Source: an uncultured Bacilli bacterium
GTDB lineage: Bacteria; Bacillota_I; Bacilli_A; RF39; UBA660
Assembly (NCBI GenBank): GCA_934085565.1
Contig: CAKOHG010000001.1
Span: forward strand, 64,706 to 128,705
Length of the DNA: 64,000 nt
Direction: 5' to 3'
This document shows, piece by piece, positions 49,771-60,063 of this stretch (the first letter of the stretch is position 1; each line of letters begins with the position of its first letter). The notes under the pieces are model-generated. The model was not told where the DNA came from. It saw only the letters and a list, made by a program, of their open reading frames with translations, and searched no databases. A program made the translations under genes and the position numbers.

Positions 49771-50292
49771 GTGGCAAGTTTTAAAGAGATTGTAACGAAA
49801 GCTGTGATAGGTAAAGCCAAAAAAACAAATAGTATGCATTTTTCTTTTACTCCTGATGAATCCTGTGATACCGTTTTAGGTTGTTGGGTTATTAATCATA
49901 ATTTTTCAGGATCAAATATGAGTGGAAAAGTAGGTGTTAATGGATCTTTTGATGTCAATGTTTGGTATTCTTATGATAATGATACTAAGACAAAGGTAAA
50001 TACTAAAAAATTTGCATATAATGAGTTTCTTAATGTTCCTTTAAAAGATTCTGGTACTTTAACGAATAATTCTGAAATCATTGTTAGAAGTCTTAAACAA
50101 CCTACTGTGACGAATGTAGAAGTTAAAGATGGTAATATTGTTTTAGATATTGAAAAAGAGTTAGGTGTAGAAATTGTTGGTGATACTAAGATAAAAGTAC
50201 CTATCGAAGATGTAGATGACGATTATGATGAAATCGTGGATGAAGAAGAAGTTACAAGTATAGACGATGTAAATGAAAATTATTTAGAATAG
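49771..50292 (+). CDS. cotE: outer spore coat morphogenetic protein CotE
   Basis: KEIVTKAVIGKAKK...LGCWVINHNF...DVNVWYSYDNDTKTKV aligns with B. subtilis CotE; acidic C-terminal tail. Confidence 0.8.
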   Translation: MASFKEIVTKAVIGKAKKTNSMHFSFTPDESCDTVLGCWVINHNFSGSNMSGKVGVNGSFDVNVWYSYDNDTKTKVNTKKFAYNEFLNVPLKDSGTLTNNSEIIVRSLKQPTVTNVEVKDGNIVLDIEKELGVEIVGDTKIKVPIEDVDDDYDEIVDEEEVTSIDDVNENYLE

Positions 50293-50439
50293 AGCACTTA
50301 AAAGTGTTCTTTTTAAATGCTTAAAATTTGACATAGATATATAAATTATATTAAAATTATTTTTAGGTAAGTTAGTGCATGATTTGCAGTTAAATAAAGG
50401 AGAAGTCTAAGAACCAAGGTACTTTGTAAAAAGAGAAAA

Positions 50440-50793
50440 GTGAAAAATATGAAAAGAAATATGACATTTATAGAAAAATATTTTAAATTGAAGAATGAAT
50501 TAAAGGCTAAGAGACGAAAAAAAGAACAAATAGAACAAATTATATTGGAAATGACATTTCAAAAAACAAAATTTGAAAATATTATTGAATTCTCTGAAAT
50601 CGGTTTGATTCCATTGAATATTGCTACATTCTCAATAATTTTATCTAATTCAAATATAAAGAATTCTGTTCTGTTGCTATTAATTGTATTATTTGAAATA
50701 ATTATAGGCTTGACTATTGTTGACAATGCTAAAATATGTTCTTGTCAACTTGAAAGTTTAATAAATATGTCTGAACAGTTATTGAAAAAATAA
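50440..50793 (+). CDS. hypothetical small membrane protein (117 aa) in very AT-rich insertion
   Basis: charged coiled N-terminus plus two TM helices; no family. Confidence 0.4.
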   Translation: MKNMKRNMTFIEKYFKLKNELKAKRRKKEQIEQIILEMTFQKTKFENIIEFSEIGLIPLNIATFSIILSNSNIKNSVLLLLIVLFEIIIGLTIVDNAKICSCQLESLINMSEQLLKK

Positions 50794-50891
50794 TACAACG
50801 TAATATAATAAAAAAATGCAAATTTTGCGTAGCATTATTAGCAAGTGTTATAGCAATCAAATAATATTATACATATATGGGGGGTAGTAGA

Positions 50892-51758
50892 ATGTCAAAA
50901 ACAAATTGCTTAGTAAAAAAAATAAATAATTATCAAAAATGGATGAAAATTTTAGATTGTGCATATTATGTTTATTTAGATGAAATAAAAAAATTTGAAT
51001 TTAAAAAGGTAAGTAAATATAATAAATCACGGACTATATATGAAAGAATCGAATACGATTTTAATGTAATAAATGAATTTATTGGTAAACAAGATTTATT
51101 AAATGCTGCTACTATTTTAAGAACGCTATATGAGAATATCATATATATTATAGCTAAATCATATAATAAAGAAATAAACATAACTATGAATACTCCTGTC
51201 AAAACATTAAGAGAGGTTTTAGAAAATAATTGTCAGAAAATATTTACAAATTATTTTAAAAAAGAAGATTTCAATGAAATTTATACATATTTATGTAAAA
51301 TTGTTCATCCTTGCAGTATGAAAGAATTGCTTTCATATATGGGTAAAACTACAAAATATAAAAATTATTTACTAAATAATTTAAAATATATTATGTTATT
51401 AATACAATATTTATATTTGAATTTTCTGAATAAAAGAGTGGGAAATGAAGAAAGTAAATTAGATTTATATTTTATAGATCTTTGCTCTTATGTTAACTTA
51501 GTAAATGTTAATTATTTTGTGAATGATGTGAAAAACATGCAATCATTTATAAAACGTTTTTTCTATTATGATCAAAACACTAAATATGTCAATAAAAAGC
51601 AAGAGGTAGTAAAAGAAATTCATAAATCATTAACTGACAACGAAAAAATAGTTGAAATAGTTGAAAAGAATATAGAAGAATTAGGAAAATCCTTAGAAAA
51701 GGAACTAAAAGAAAGTGGCTATAATGAAGCTATAAATGAAATTTTAAATAGAAATTAA
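50892..51758 (+). CDS. hypothetical protein (288 aa) in AT-rich insertion (ORF track start 50877)
   Basis: Asn/Lys/Tyr-rich, no family recognised; terminator 51778-51812 follows. Confidence 0.45.
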   Translation: MSKTNCLVKKINNYQKWMKILDCAYYVYLDEIKKFEFKKVSKYNKSRTIYERIEYDFNVINEFIGKQDLLNAATILRTLYENIIYIIAKSYNKEINITMNTPVKTLREVLENNCQKIFTNYFKKEDFNEIYTYLCKIVHPCSMKELLSYMGKTTKYKNYLLNNLKYIMLLIQYLYLNFLNKRVGNEESKLDLYFIDLCSYVNLVNVNYFVNDVKNMQSFIKRFFYYDQNTKYVNKKQEVVKEIHKSLTDNEKIVEIVEKNIEELGKSLEKELKESGYNEAINEILNRN

Positions 51759-51847
51759 TTTTAAAATTTGTGTAGTGCTGTCAATAGTTTTATGTTGACA
51801 GTCTTTTTTTTCTTTGCTAAAATACTTATATCAAAGGAGGTATTATC

Positions 51848-52123
51848 ATGGCTGTTAAATTAAGACTTAAAAGAATGGGTTCTAAAGCTAAACCTTTCTA
51901 TCGTATCGTTGCGGCTGATTCAAGAAGCCCAAGAGATGGTAGATTTCTAGAAGTTGTTGGAACATACAATCCTGTTAAAGGACAAGAAGTTGTTACTGTT
52001 AACGAAGAAAAAGCAATGTATTGGCTTTCTAATGGAGCTATTCCTACTGATACTGTTCGTAGTATTTTAAGCAAACAAGGAATTATGAAAAAATTTGCTG
52101 AATCTAAAAAAGCAGGTAAATAA
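51848..52123 (+). CDS. rpsP: 30S ribosomal protein S16
   Basis: [33 protein letters not shown]. Confidence 0.95.
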   Translation: MAVKLRLKRMGSKAKPFYRIVAADSRSPRDGRFLEVVGTYNPVKGQEVVTVNEEKAMYWLSNGAIPTDTVRSILSKQGIMKKFAESKKAGK

Positions 52124-52368
52124 TGAAATCTTTAGAAGAGTATACAGAAATACTTGTCAAAAGTATTATTAAAAAACCTGACTTATTAAAAGTTTCGGCA
52201 CATGATATCGATGGAACTATTAAATTAGATATTTTAGTACCTCAAGATGTCATGGGAAGTGTTATTGGTAAAAATGGTCGAACCATTCATGCCATTAGAA
52301 CCCTTATTTCTTTATATGCTTATAAAGAAAATCTTCCTAAAGTTGAAGTGAATGTCGAATCTTTCTAA
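52123..52368 (+). CDS. KH-domain RNA-binding protein (YlqC-like)
   Basis: 81 aa; GxxG-type VIGKNGRTIHAIRTL KH motif; directly follows rpsP. Confidence 0.8.
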   Translation: MKSLEEYTEILVKSIIKKPDLLKVSAHDIDGTIKLDILVPQDVMGSVIGKNGRTIHAIRTLISLYAYKENLPKVEVNVESF

Positions 52369-52439
52369 AGTGTCTTGTAAAAGGCACTTTTTTTAAAATA
52401 AAAATATGGTAAAATATTAAATGAAGAAGGTAGTAAATT

Positions 52440-53153
52440 ATGAAAAAAACAATCGCGTTTGTAGGTGTTATAGCTCTTATACTAGTAAGTTTTATCGTCT
52501 ATTTGGTATTTAATAAGCCAGAAGAAAAAGAAGAATCATTTGAAGAAATTTCTGTTAATGATGTTCTTGTCGAGGAAGTTTTTAAAAGTGTAGATGCGGG
52601 TAGTAATTATGATTTTCAAGACGAAGTTTATAAAAAAGGCACTTTTTCTAATCAATATATTTTAGGACTTGCAATCTCCCGTTATTTTTTGGATAATCCA
52701 AATACAAATGAAGTAAACGAAACAACTATCGACGCTTACGTAAAAAAAATATTTGGTAAGATTACTTATGCCCATGAATCTGGTTATTTTCTAACTTCAA
52801 GTCTATGTAAATTTACATATGACAAAGGGACTCATTCATACAAAATAAATACAGAATGCAATCATGTTGCCTCAACCAATATTTTAAAAAAGAGAATAAA
52901 AGCCTATAAAACCGCTACTGTCTTGTACGTTCAAGAAAAAATTATTGTTACGGAAACCATTAAATCAGATGACGAGACGATAAATTTAACAAATGTATAC
53001 AAAGATATTAATAAAAATGATAAGATAGCTACCGTAGAAGAAAAAAATGTAAAAATGGATGACTATTTAGAAGAAGCAGAGACTTACGAATATAAATTCG
53101 AGTTTGACGGCGAATCATTTGTTTTTAAAGAAATTAAAAAAATTAATGCTTAA
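52440..53153 (+). CDS. hypothetical membrane-anchored protein (237 aa)
   Basis: single N-terminal TM, extracytoplasmic remainder; no family. Confidence 0.45.
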   Translation: MKKTIAFVGVIALILVSFIVYLVFNKPEEKEESFEEISVNDVLVEEVFKSVDAGSNYDFQDEVYKKGTFSNQYILGLAISRYFLDNPNTNEVNETTIDAYVKKIFGKITYAHESGYFLTSSLCKFTYDKGTHSYKINTECNHVASTNILKKRIKAYKTATVLYVQEKIIVTETIKSDDETINLTNVYKDINKNDKIATVEEKNVKMDDYLEEAETYEYKFEFDGESFVFKEIKKINA

Positions 53154-53222
53154 AAAGAGGGAAGAATACATAAATTCTTCTTTTTCTATGGTATAATGAA
53201 CAAAGAAAGTATTGGTGAAGAC

Positions 53223-55799
53223 ATGAAAAAAATAATTCTTGTAGATGGTAACAATCTGATTTATCGTAGTTATTATGCAACTGCCTACTCAGGCTCTTTG
53301 CTAAGAAATTCTAAGGGATTTCCGACAAATGCTTTATATGGCTTTATTGGGATGATGAATAAAATCATTCATGAAGAAAAGCCAGAATATATCGCGGTTG
53401 CTTTTGATATAGGCAAAAACTTTCGAAAAGAAAAGTATCCATTTTATAAAGAGGGAAGAAAGAAAACACCGGAAGAATTGCATATGCAAGAACCTTATGC
53501 TAGAAAAATTTTGAAAGCAATGGGTATTCCTTATTTTGAACTCGCTCCTTATGAAGCTGATGATATTATTGGAACATTCGCTCGTATGGTTGAAGAAGAT
53601 GACAATTTTGAGGGATGTATTATAAGCTCTGACCGTGACTTATTGCAACTTGTAAGTCCCCAATTAGAGATGAAACTTTTAAAACAAAAAGACTATATTC
53701 GTTATAATATGGAAACATTCAAAAATGATTATGGTATGGATCCTATTCATATCATTGATTTAAAAGCTTTAGCAGGTGATGCCAGTGACAACATTCCTGG
53801 TGTATCAGGAATAGGCGAAAAAACGGCATTAAATTTACTTCATGAATATGGTACTTTAGAAGGTATTTATGAAAATATTGATAACATTAAAGGAAAAACA
53901 AGAGAAAAATTAGAAAATGATAAAGACAAGGCTTTCATGAGTAAAGAAATCGCCACCATTTATAGAGAAGTTCCTTTAGATATTAAAGATTTAGAAAATA
54001 TTCGTTATACTCCTTTAGACGGAAAAGAATTAGAAAACTTATATGAAGAATTAGAATTTTATTCTTTTTTAAAAAATCTTCGTCAAGAAGAAGTAGCAGA
54101 AAAAGAATTTGTTTTTGAAAAAGTGACGAATGAAACCGTTTTAGATGAAGAAGAATATGCTCTTTATTTAGAACTTGATGGGAATAATTATCATAAGGCA
54201 AATATTATTGGTATGGGGTTATCTTCTAAAGAGAAAAACTATTTTGTTTCCAAAGACCAAATTTCTTCCGTTCTTGCAAAAATAAAAGATAAAGTTTTAT
54301 ATACTTATGATTTAAAGAAAAACATTGTGGCATTAAATCGTTTAAATATAAAAATGCCTTCTTGTAATACGGATTTAATGATTTTAAAAGCTCTTTTAGA
54401 TGATAGTAGTAAAGATGATATTGCTTTTTACATGGTGCCAAATGGTTACCAAGTAAATTTCTTAGAAACTTTATGGAAAAAGGATATTATTTTAGATGAA
54501 TCTTTAGAAAAAGAAATTGTTTTAAAAGCACGTTTTATTTATGATGTTCGAGATCGGGCTATTTTAGATATTAAAAGAGATGATATGTATGAACTTTTTA
54601 AAGACATTGAAATGCCTTTAGCTCCTGTTTTAGCAGATATGGAAATCACGGGTGTTAAAGTGGACAAATCTGTTTTAGATGAAATGAAAGAAGAAACAAA
54701 AGGCAAAATAGACGTTTTAACCAAAGAAATTTATGAACTAGCGGGAGAAGAATTTAATATTGCCAGTCCTAAACAATTAGGAGAGATTCTTTTTATCAAA
54801 CTTGGTTTGCCAGGTGGCAAAAAAACAGAAAAAGGCTATAAAACAGATGTAAAAGTTCTTCATAAACTTTTAGATGTTCATCCTATTATTGCAAAGGTTT
54901 TAGAATATAGAAATGTTAGAAAACTTTATGATACTTATTTAGAAGGCATGCAAAATTATATAATGGAAGATGGTAAAATACATACGATTTTCAAACAAAA
55001 TTTTGCTAGAACAGGACGTCTTTCTTCTACAGAACCAAACTTACAAAATATACCTGTTCGTGATGAAGAAGGAAAGAAAATCAGAAAAGCTTTCTTACCT
55101 GTCAATGACTTATTTTTAAGCGCGGATTACAGCCAAATTGAACTCCGTATTTTAGCCCATATTTCTGGTTCTAAAGAACTACAAGAAGCCTTTATTAATG
55201 ATCAAGATATTCATACCAAAGTGGCTAGTGATATTTATGGTATTCCCGAAAAAGAAGTATCTAAAAAAATGCGTAGTACCGCTAAGGCTGTTATTTTCGG
55301 TATTGTTTATGGTATCAGTGGTTATGGACTTGGGGAAAACTTAGAAATCAGTTCTAAAGAAGCCAAAGAATTCATAGAAAAATACTATGAGCTATATCCA
55401 GGTGTTAAAAGATACATGGCTGAAATTGTTAAAGAAGCTATTCAAAATGGCTCAGTAAGAACCCTTTTAAAAAGAAGAAGAATTATTCCTGAATTAAATA
55501 GCCCACAGTATATGGTAAGACAAATGGGAGAAAGAATAGCTCTTAACACACCTATTCAAGGAACAAGTGCCGATATTATCAAAAAGGCTATGGTTGAAAT
55601 TTATGATGAATTAAAGAAGCAAAACTTAAAAAGTAAAATGATTTTACAAGTCCACGATGAACTTATTTTTGATCTTATTAAAGAAGAAAAAGAACAAGTG
55701 GAAAAAATCGTTAAAGATAAGATGACACATACCATTTTTTTGGATGTTCCTTTAAAAGTAAGTGCCGATTACGGGGTAAACTGGTACGATACCAAGTAA
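53223..55799 (+). CDS. polA: DNA polymerase I
   Basis: 5'-3' exonuclease N-terminus (ILVDGNNLIYRSYYA), polymerase motifs A (DYSQIELR) and C (QVHDEL); ORF track ATG 53196 lies inside the TGnTATAAT -10 box so start moved to 53223. Confidence 0.92.
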   Translation: MKKIILVDGNNLIYRSYYATAYSGSLLRNSKGFPTNALYGFIGMMNKIIHEEKPEYIAVAFDIGKNFRKEKYPFYKEGRKKTPEELHMQEPYARKILKAMGIPYFELAPYEADDIIGTFARMVEEDDNFEGCIISSDRDLLQLVSPQLEMKLLKQKDYIRYNMETFKNDYGMDPIHIIDLKALAGDASDNIPGVSGIGEKTALNLLHEYGTLEGIYENIDNIKGKTREKLENDKDKAFMSKEIATIYREVPLDIKDLENIRYTPLDGKELENLYEELEFYSFLKNLRQEEVAEKEFVFEKVTNETVLDEEEYALYLELDGNNYHKANIIGMGLSSKEKNYFVSKDQISSVLAKIKDKVLYTYDLKKNIVALNRLNIKMPSCNTDLMILKALLDDSSKDDIAFYMVPNGYQVNFLETLWKKDIILDESLEKEIVLKARFIYDVRDRAILDIKRDDMYELFKDIEMPLAPVLADMEITGVKVDKSVLDEMKEETKGKIDVLTKEIYELAGEEFNIASPKQLGEILFIKLGLPGGKKTEKGYKTDVKVLHKLLDVHPIIAKVLEYRNVRKLYDTYLEGMQNYIMEDGKIHTIFKQNFARTGRLSSTEPNLQNIPVRDEEGKKIRKAFLPVNDLFLSADYSQIELRILAHISGSKELQEAFINDQDIHTKVASDIYGIPEKEVSKKMRSTAKAVIFGIVYGISGYGLGENLEISSKEAKEFIEKYYELYPGVKRYMAEIVKEAIQNGSVRTLLKRRRIIPELNSPQYMVRQMGERIALNTPIQGTSADIIKKAMVEIYDELKKQNLKSKMILQVHDELIFDLIKEEKEQVEKIVKDKMTHTIFLDVPLKVSADYGVNWYDTK

Positions 55800-55820
55800 T
55801 ATAGAAAAGAAGTGTTAAAA

Positions 55821-56555
55821 ATGATTTTAAATAAACCAGTCGTTGGCATTGTTCCAACTTATAATTTAACAAATGAGGCAAATGATCCTTATCAAGATAG
55901 AGCTTCTTTTGTGTCCATGTATGTTTCTAAAATTACTGAGTGTGGCGGAGTAGCCATTGGTCTTTTAGACAAAAATGTTTTGGATTATTTGCCAATCTGT
56001 GACGCTTATATCTGGCCAGGAGGAAATAAAATTTTAAAAGAATTTTATCCTATTATTGAGGATGCAATGAAAAACCATAAGCCTTTACTGGGAGTATGCT
56101 TAGGTATGCAAGCTATTACAACATTCTTTAATGTTTTAGAAGATAAGGAGAAATTTCCAGAATTAAGTTTTAAAGAGGTTTATGATAAAGGAAAAGAAGA
56201 AAATCCTTATTTAGGACTTGCGGATAATGTACCTTTTCATTCTCGTTATGTTACTAAGGAAGAAGAAACAATTAATAATGCCCGTCATGAAATAAAGATA
56301 AAAGACGGAAGTACTTTAAAAAGTATTTATGAAGTAGATAAAAAAGAAGTTGTAAGTCTTCACGGTTATATCGTTAAAAGAACACCTAAAATTTTACAAG
56401 TAACAGCCCAAACGGCGGATAACGTTGTAGAAGCTATAGAATATAAAGACTTTATTTTAGGGGTGCAATTTCATCCTGAAATAGAAAAAGACGCGAAAAT
56501 ATTTAAATGGTTAATAGATAAAGCTTTAGAAAATAAAAGAAAAGATATAAAGTAG
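55821..56555 (+). CDS. class I glutamine amidotransferase, peptidase C26 / gamma-glutamyl hydrolase (PuuD)-like
   Basis: GVCLGMQ nucleophile elbow; HPE catalytic His near C-terminus. Confidence 0.7.
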   Translation: MILNKPVVGIVPTYNLTNEANDPYQDRASFVSMYVSKITECGGVAIGLLDKNVLDYLPICDAYIWPGGNKILKEFYPIIEDAMKNHKPLLGVCLGMQAITTFFNVLEDKEKFPELSFKEVYDKGKEENPYLGLADNVPFHSRYVTKEEETINNARHEIKIKDGSTLKSIYEVDKKEVVSLHGYIVKRTPKILQVTAQTADNVVEAIEYKDFILGVQFHPEIEKDAKIFKWLIDKALENKRKDIK

Positions 56556-56570
56556 GAAAGGAAAGTAGTT

Positions 56571-57404
56571 ATGCCAGAAATTGCTGAAGTAGAAACTGTT
56601 CGTAACACTTTAAAGACACGTATTTTAGGCAAAAAAATCAAAAAAGTGGATGTTTACTATGAACCAATGCTTTTAGATGATAAAGATTATTTTTGTTCTT
56701 CTTTAATAAATCAAAGTTTTGTAGATATTAAAAGAAGAGGTAAGTGGTTACTTTTTGAAACAGAAAAATATTTTCTATTAAGTCATTTAAGAATGGAAGG
56801 AAAATATTTCATTAAAAATAGGGAAGAACCTAAAGAAAAACATGAGCATGTCATTATTACATTCGAAGACAATACGACTCTTCGTTATCACGATACCCGT
56901 AAATTCGGTCGTATGAAACTAGTTTTAAAAGACAAAGTAAATGAATTTGAAGGAATTAAAAAGCAAGGGATTGAACCTATGGATGAAGCTTTAACCAAAG
57001 AATATTTATATGAAAAGTTTCATAAACATAATTTACCTATCAAAACTCTTTTACTTGATCAAACTATCATCAGTGGTCTTGGTAATATTTATGCCAATGA
57101 AGTTTTGTTTGCCGCCCGAATTTCACCTTTTAAAAAGGGAAGTGAAATCACCTTAGAAGAATGTGAAGAAATAAAAAATAAAGCAAATTATATTATTAAA
57201 GCAGCCATTGAAATGGGTGGAACGACTATTAGAAGTTACACAAGCTCTTTAGGAGTCACTGGACGTTTCCAACAATGCTTAATGGTTCATAAAATGGATA
57301 AACAACCTTGTAAAATCTGTGGGACACCGATTAAAGTATCCTTTATCGGGGGCAGAAGTACCTATTATTGTGAAACGTGTCAAAAAGTAGTTGAAACCCC
57401 TTAA
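56571..57404 (+). CDS. mutM: formamidopyrimidine-DNA glycosylase
   Basis: MPEIAEVETV N-terminus (Pro2 nucleophile), C-terminal zinc finger CxxC..CxxC; follows polA as in Bacillus. Confidence 0.9.
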   Translation: MPEIAEVETVRNTLKTRILGKKIKKVDVYYEPMLLDDKDYFCSSLINQSFVDIKRRGKWLLFETEKYFLLSHLRMEGKYFIKNREEPKEKHEHVIITFEDNTTLRYHDTRKFGRMKLVLKDKVNEFEGIKKQGIEPMDEALTKEYLYEKFHKHNLPIKTLLLDQTIISGLGNIYANEVLFAARISPFKKGSEITLEECEEIKNKANYIIKAAIEMGGTTIRSYTSSLGVTGRFQQCLMVHKMDKQPCKICGTPIKVSFIGGRSTYYCETCQKVVETP

Positions 57405-57414
57405 AATATTTGTT

Positions 57415-57572
57415 AAAATAACCTTGTTGATGAAGATACTGCCTTACAACCAGTGGAGTCAAATCGTTATTAAGCGTTAATTAAAGAAAGATAGATTATT
57501 CTATGAATAAAGGTGGTACCGCGGGGTAAACTCGTCCTTTAGACATAGAATTTTTTTATTTTAGAAAGAGGA
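57415..57572 (+). promoter_or_regulatory. T-box riboswitch leader, candidate Tyr specifier (UAC in CCUUACAAC)
   Basis: T-box core AAAGGTGGTACCGCGG; terminator ATTCTATG..AAAGG / CCTTT..CATAGAAT plus TTTTTTT just before the tyrS RBS. Confidence 0.6.
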
Positions 57573-57577
57573 AAAAT

Positions 57578-58804
57578 ATGCAAAGTTTATATGAAGATTT
57601 AATGTGGCGTGGTTTAATTAAAGATACTTCGACACCTGATTTAAAAAATTTACTCGATAATGGAAAAATCACTTTTTACTGGGGAACTGATCCGTCTGCA
57701 GATAGCTTGCATTTAGGACATTATAGTTCTTTAGTGACAGCCAAAAGACTTGCCTTATATGGTCATCATCCTATTTTATTAATGGGCGGTTCCACCGGAC
57801 TTATCGGAGACCCTAGACCAACAGCTGAAAGAGAAATCATCTCTTATGAAAAAGTTTTAGAAAATACTAAAGGCATTCAAAAACAAGTAAACGAAATCTT
57901 TAAAGGTAATGTTCAAATCGTTAATAACTATGATTGGACAAAAGATGTGACTTTCCTTGAGTTTTTAAGAGATATTGGTAAGTATATTAATGTTAACTAT
58001 ATGTTAAACAAAGATATTATCGCGAGACGTTTAGAAACAGGTATCACTTATGCTGAATTTTCTTATACCTTATTACAAGGTTATGATTTCCTTCATTTAT
58101 TTGAACATGAAAACTGTGTTTTACAAGCTGCTGGCTCTGACCAATGGGGAAATATTACCACTGGTATTGAACTTATTAAGAAGAAAACAGGTAAAGAAGC
58201 TTATGGATTTACGATGCCTTTAATCGTCGATAAAATGGGTAAAAAATTTGGTAAAAGTGAGGGTAATGCTTTATGGCTTAATAAAGACAAAACAAGTAGC
58301 TATGAACTATATCAATACCTTGTAAATACCGATGATGAAATGGTTATAAGTTATTTAAAAGTCTTTACTTTCTTAAGTAAGGAAGAAATCTTAGAAATAG
58401 AAAAAGAACATTTAGCACATCCTGAACTTCGTTTAGCCCAAAAAACATTAGCTAAAGAAATCATTACGGATTTACATGGTGAAGAAGAATACCTTCATGC
58501 CAAAGAAGTATCTGAATGTCTTTTCACAGGTAAGGTAAGTGAGCTTACAGATAAAGAAATCGAAATGGTTTTTAAAGGAGTTCCGGTTTTAAATTATGAA
58601 AAGTTACCACTTGTTGAATTTTTAGTTCAAGAAAAAGTAGCCACATCTAAAAGAGAAGCTAGAGAATTTTTAAGTGGTAATGCCATCAGTGTTAATGGTA
58701 CGTTAGTAAACGATGAAAATCACTTATTAGATGAAAATCGTAAATATAATATCATTCGTCGTGGTAAGAAAAAATATTATTTAGTTTTGCATAAAAATGA
58801 CTAG
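57578..58804 (+). CDS. tyrS: tyrosine--tRNA ligase
   Basis: class I HLGH and KFGKS motifs, C-terminal S4 domain. Confidence 0.93.
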   Translation: MQSLYEDLMWRGLIKDTSTPDLKNLLDNGKITFYWGTDPSADSLHLGHYSSLVTAKRLALYGHHPILLMGGSTGLIGDPRPTAEREIISYEKVLENTKGIQKQVNEIFKGNVQIVNNYDWTKDVTFLEFLRDIGKYINVNYMLNKDIIARRLETGITYAEFSYTLLQGYDFLHLFEHENCVLQAAGSDQWGNITTGIELIKKKTGKEAYGFTMPLIVDKMGKKFGKSEGNALWLNKDKTSSYELYQYLVNTDDEMVISYLKVFTFLSKEEILEIEKEHLAHPELRLAQKTLAKEIITDLHGEEEYLHAKEVSECLFTGKVSELTDKEIEMVFKGVPVLNYEKLPLVEFLVQEKVATSKREAREFLSGNAISVNGTLVNDENHLLDENRKYNIIRRGKKKYYLVLHKND

Positions 58805-58868
58805 AAAGGTCATTTTTTTCATATTGTCTTTCTTTTCGTGTTATAATTTTGCAAAAGGATGATGTCAT

Positions 58869-60047
58869 TTGCAAAGAAAAAGTTATGTTAAAATTGATGA
58901 AAATATTTTGAAAGATAACGTTATAGCTATCAAAGAGAAATACCAGGGCTATAAGTACTATATTGGAGTCGTTAAAAATAACGCCTATCATCACGGCTTT
59001 TATACGGTGAAATCTTTAAAAGAGGGAGGTATTAACTATTTTGCTGTTTCCTCTTTAGAGGAAGCTAAAGAAGTTCGTAAGTATGATACAGAAACGCCTA
59101 TTCTTTCTTTAGAGCCTATTTCTCTTACTTATTTAGAAGACATTTTAAATTATGATGTCACTCTTACGTTGGAAAACTTAGAAGACGCGAAAGAGCTTTC
59201 TTTAAAAAATCTTCCCAAAAAAGTTAAAGTCCATTTAAAAGTAGATTCTGGTATGCACCGTCTAGGCTTTATGAATAAAGAAGATTTAAAAGAAGCTTAT
59301 GATATTTTAAAACAAAATGAAAATATCATAGTAGAAGGAATTTATACGCATTTTGCGACCAGTGGTGTCACGGATCCTTATTACGATAAACAAGTGGCAA
59401 GTTTTTTAAATATTACCAGTCTAATAGATTTAAAAGAAATTCCTATTGTTCATTTAGGAAGAAGTCTTACTTTAGTGGAACATGAAAAGCTTTCTTTTGC
59501 AACAGGCATTCGTCTTGGCATTGTTCTTTATGGTTTTAATCAAAGTAGAATCAAAGATACTAGTTTTAAAGGTAAATTAAGAATGCTAAAACTTAAATAT
59601 TTGCAAAAGAAAAATCATTGTAGCCCAACGATTTTAGAAAATGATTTAAAGGTAAAACAAGCCTTCACTTTATTTTCAGAGGTGATGAGTGTAAGACCAG
59701 TTAAAAAAGGTGAAGTTGTGGGATATAATACATACAAAGTAGAAGAAGATGGTTATATTTTAACTTTACCGATAGGCTATGCGGATGGTGTGACGAAAGC
59801 CTTTAAAAGTGTATGGATAAAAGGTAATTTTTATAAAATTGTTTCCGATTGTATGGACATGATAATGATATATAGTAAAGAAGAAATACCTCTTCACACC
59901 GAGGTTGAAATTATCGGTAGCCATATGTCTATCAAAATGTTATGTGGAAGAATACATAAAAATGCTTATCATTTATTTAACGATATATCCCCAAGAGTAA
60001 CATATCTTTATGAAAAAGATGGTAAAATAAAAGAAATAAAATATTAA
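58869..60047 (+). CDS. alr: alanine racemase (TTG start)
   Basis: PLP-lysine motif VVKNNAYHHG; 392 aa. Confidence 0.8.
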   Translation: MQRKSYVKIDENILKDNVIAIKEKYQGYKYYIGVVKNNAYHHGFYTVKSLKEGGINYFAVSSLEEAKEVRKYDTETPILSLEPISLTYLEDILNYDVTLTLENLEDAKELSLKNLPKKVKVHLKVDSGMHRLGFMNKEDLKEAYDILKQNENIIVEGIYTHFATSGVTDPYYDKQVASFLNITSLIDLKEIPIVHLGRSLTLVEHEKLSFATGIRLGIVLYGFNQSRIKDTSFKGKLRMLKLKYLQKKNHCSPTILENDLKVKQAFTLFSEVMSVRPVKKGEVVGYNTYKVEEDGYILTLPIGYADGVTKAFKSVWIKGNFYKIVSDCMDMIMIYSKEEIPLHTEVEIIGSHMSIKMLCGRIHKNAYHLFNDISPRVTYLYEKDGKIKEIKY

Positions 60048-60063
60048 GAAGAGGAAGATGATT

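Noticed and set aside
50300-51815. Prophage remnant or mobile element at the AT-rich insertion
   Set aside because: No integrase, transposase, flanking direct repeats or tRNA target were visible. Reported only as a compositional island.
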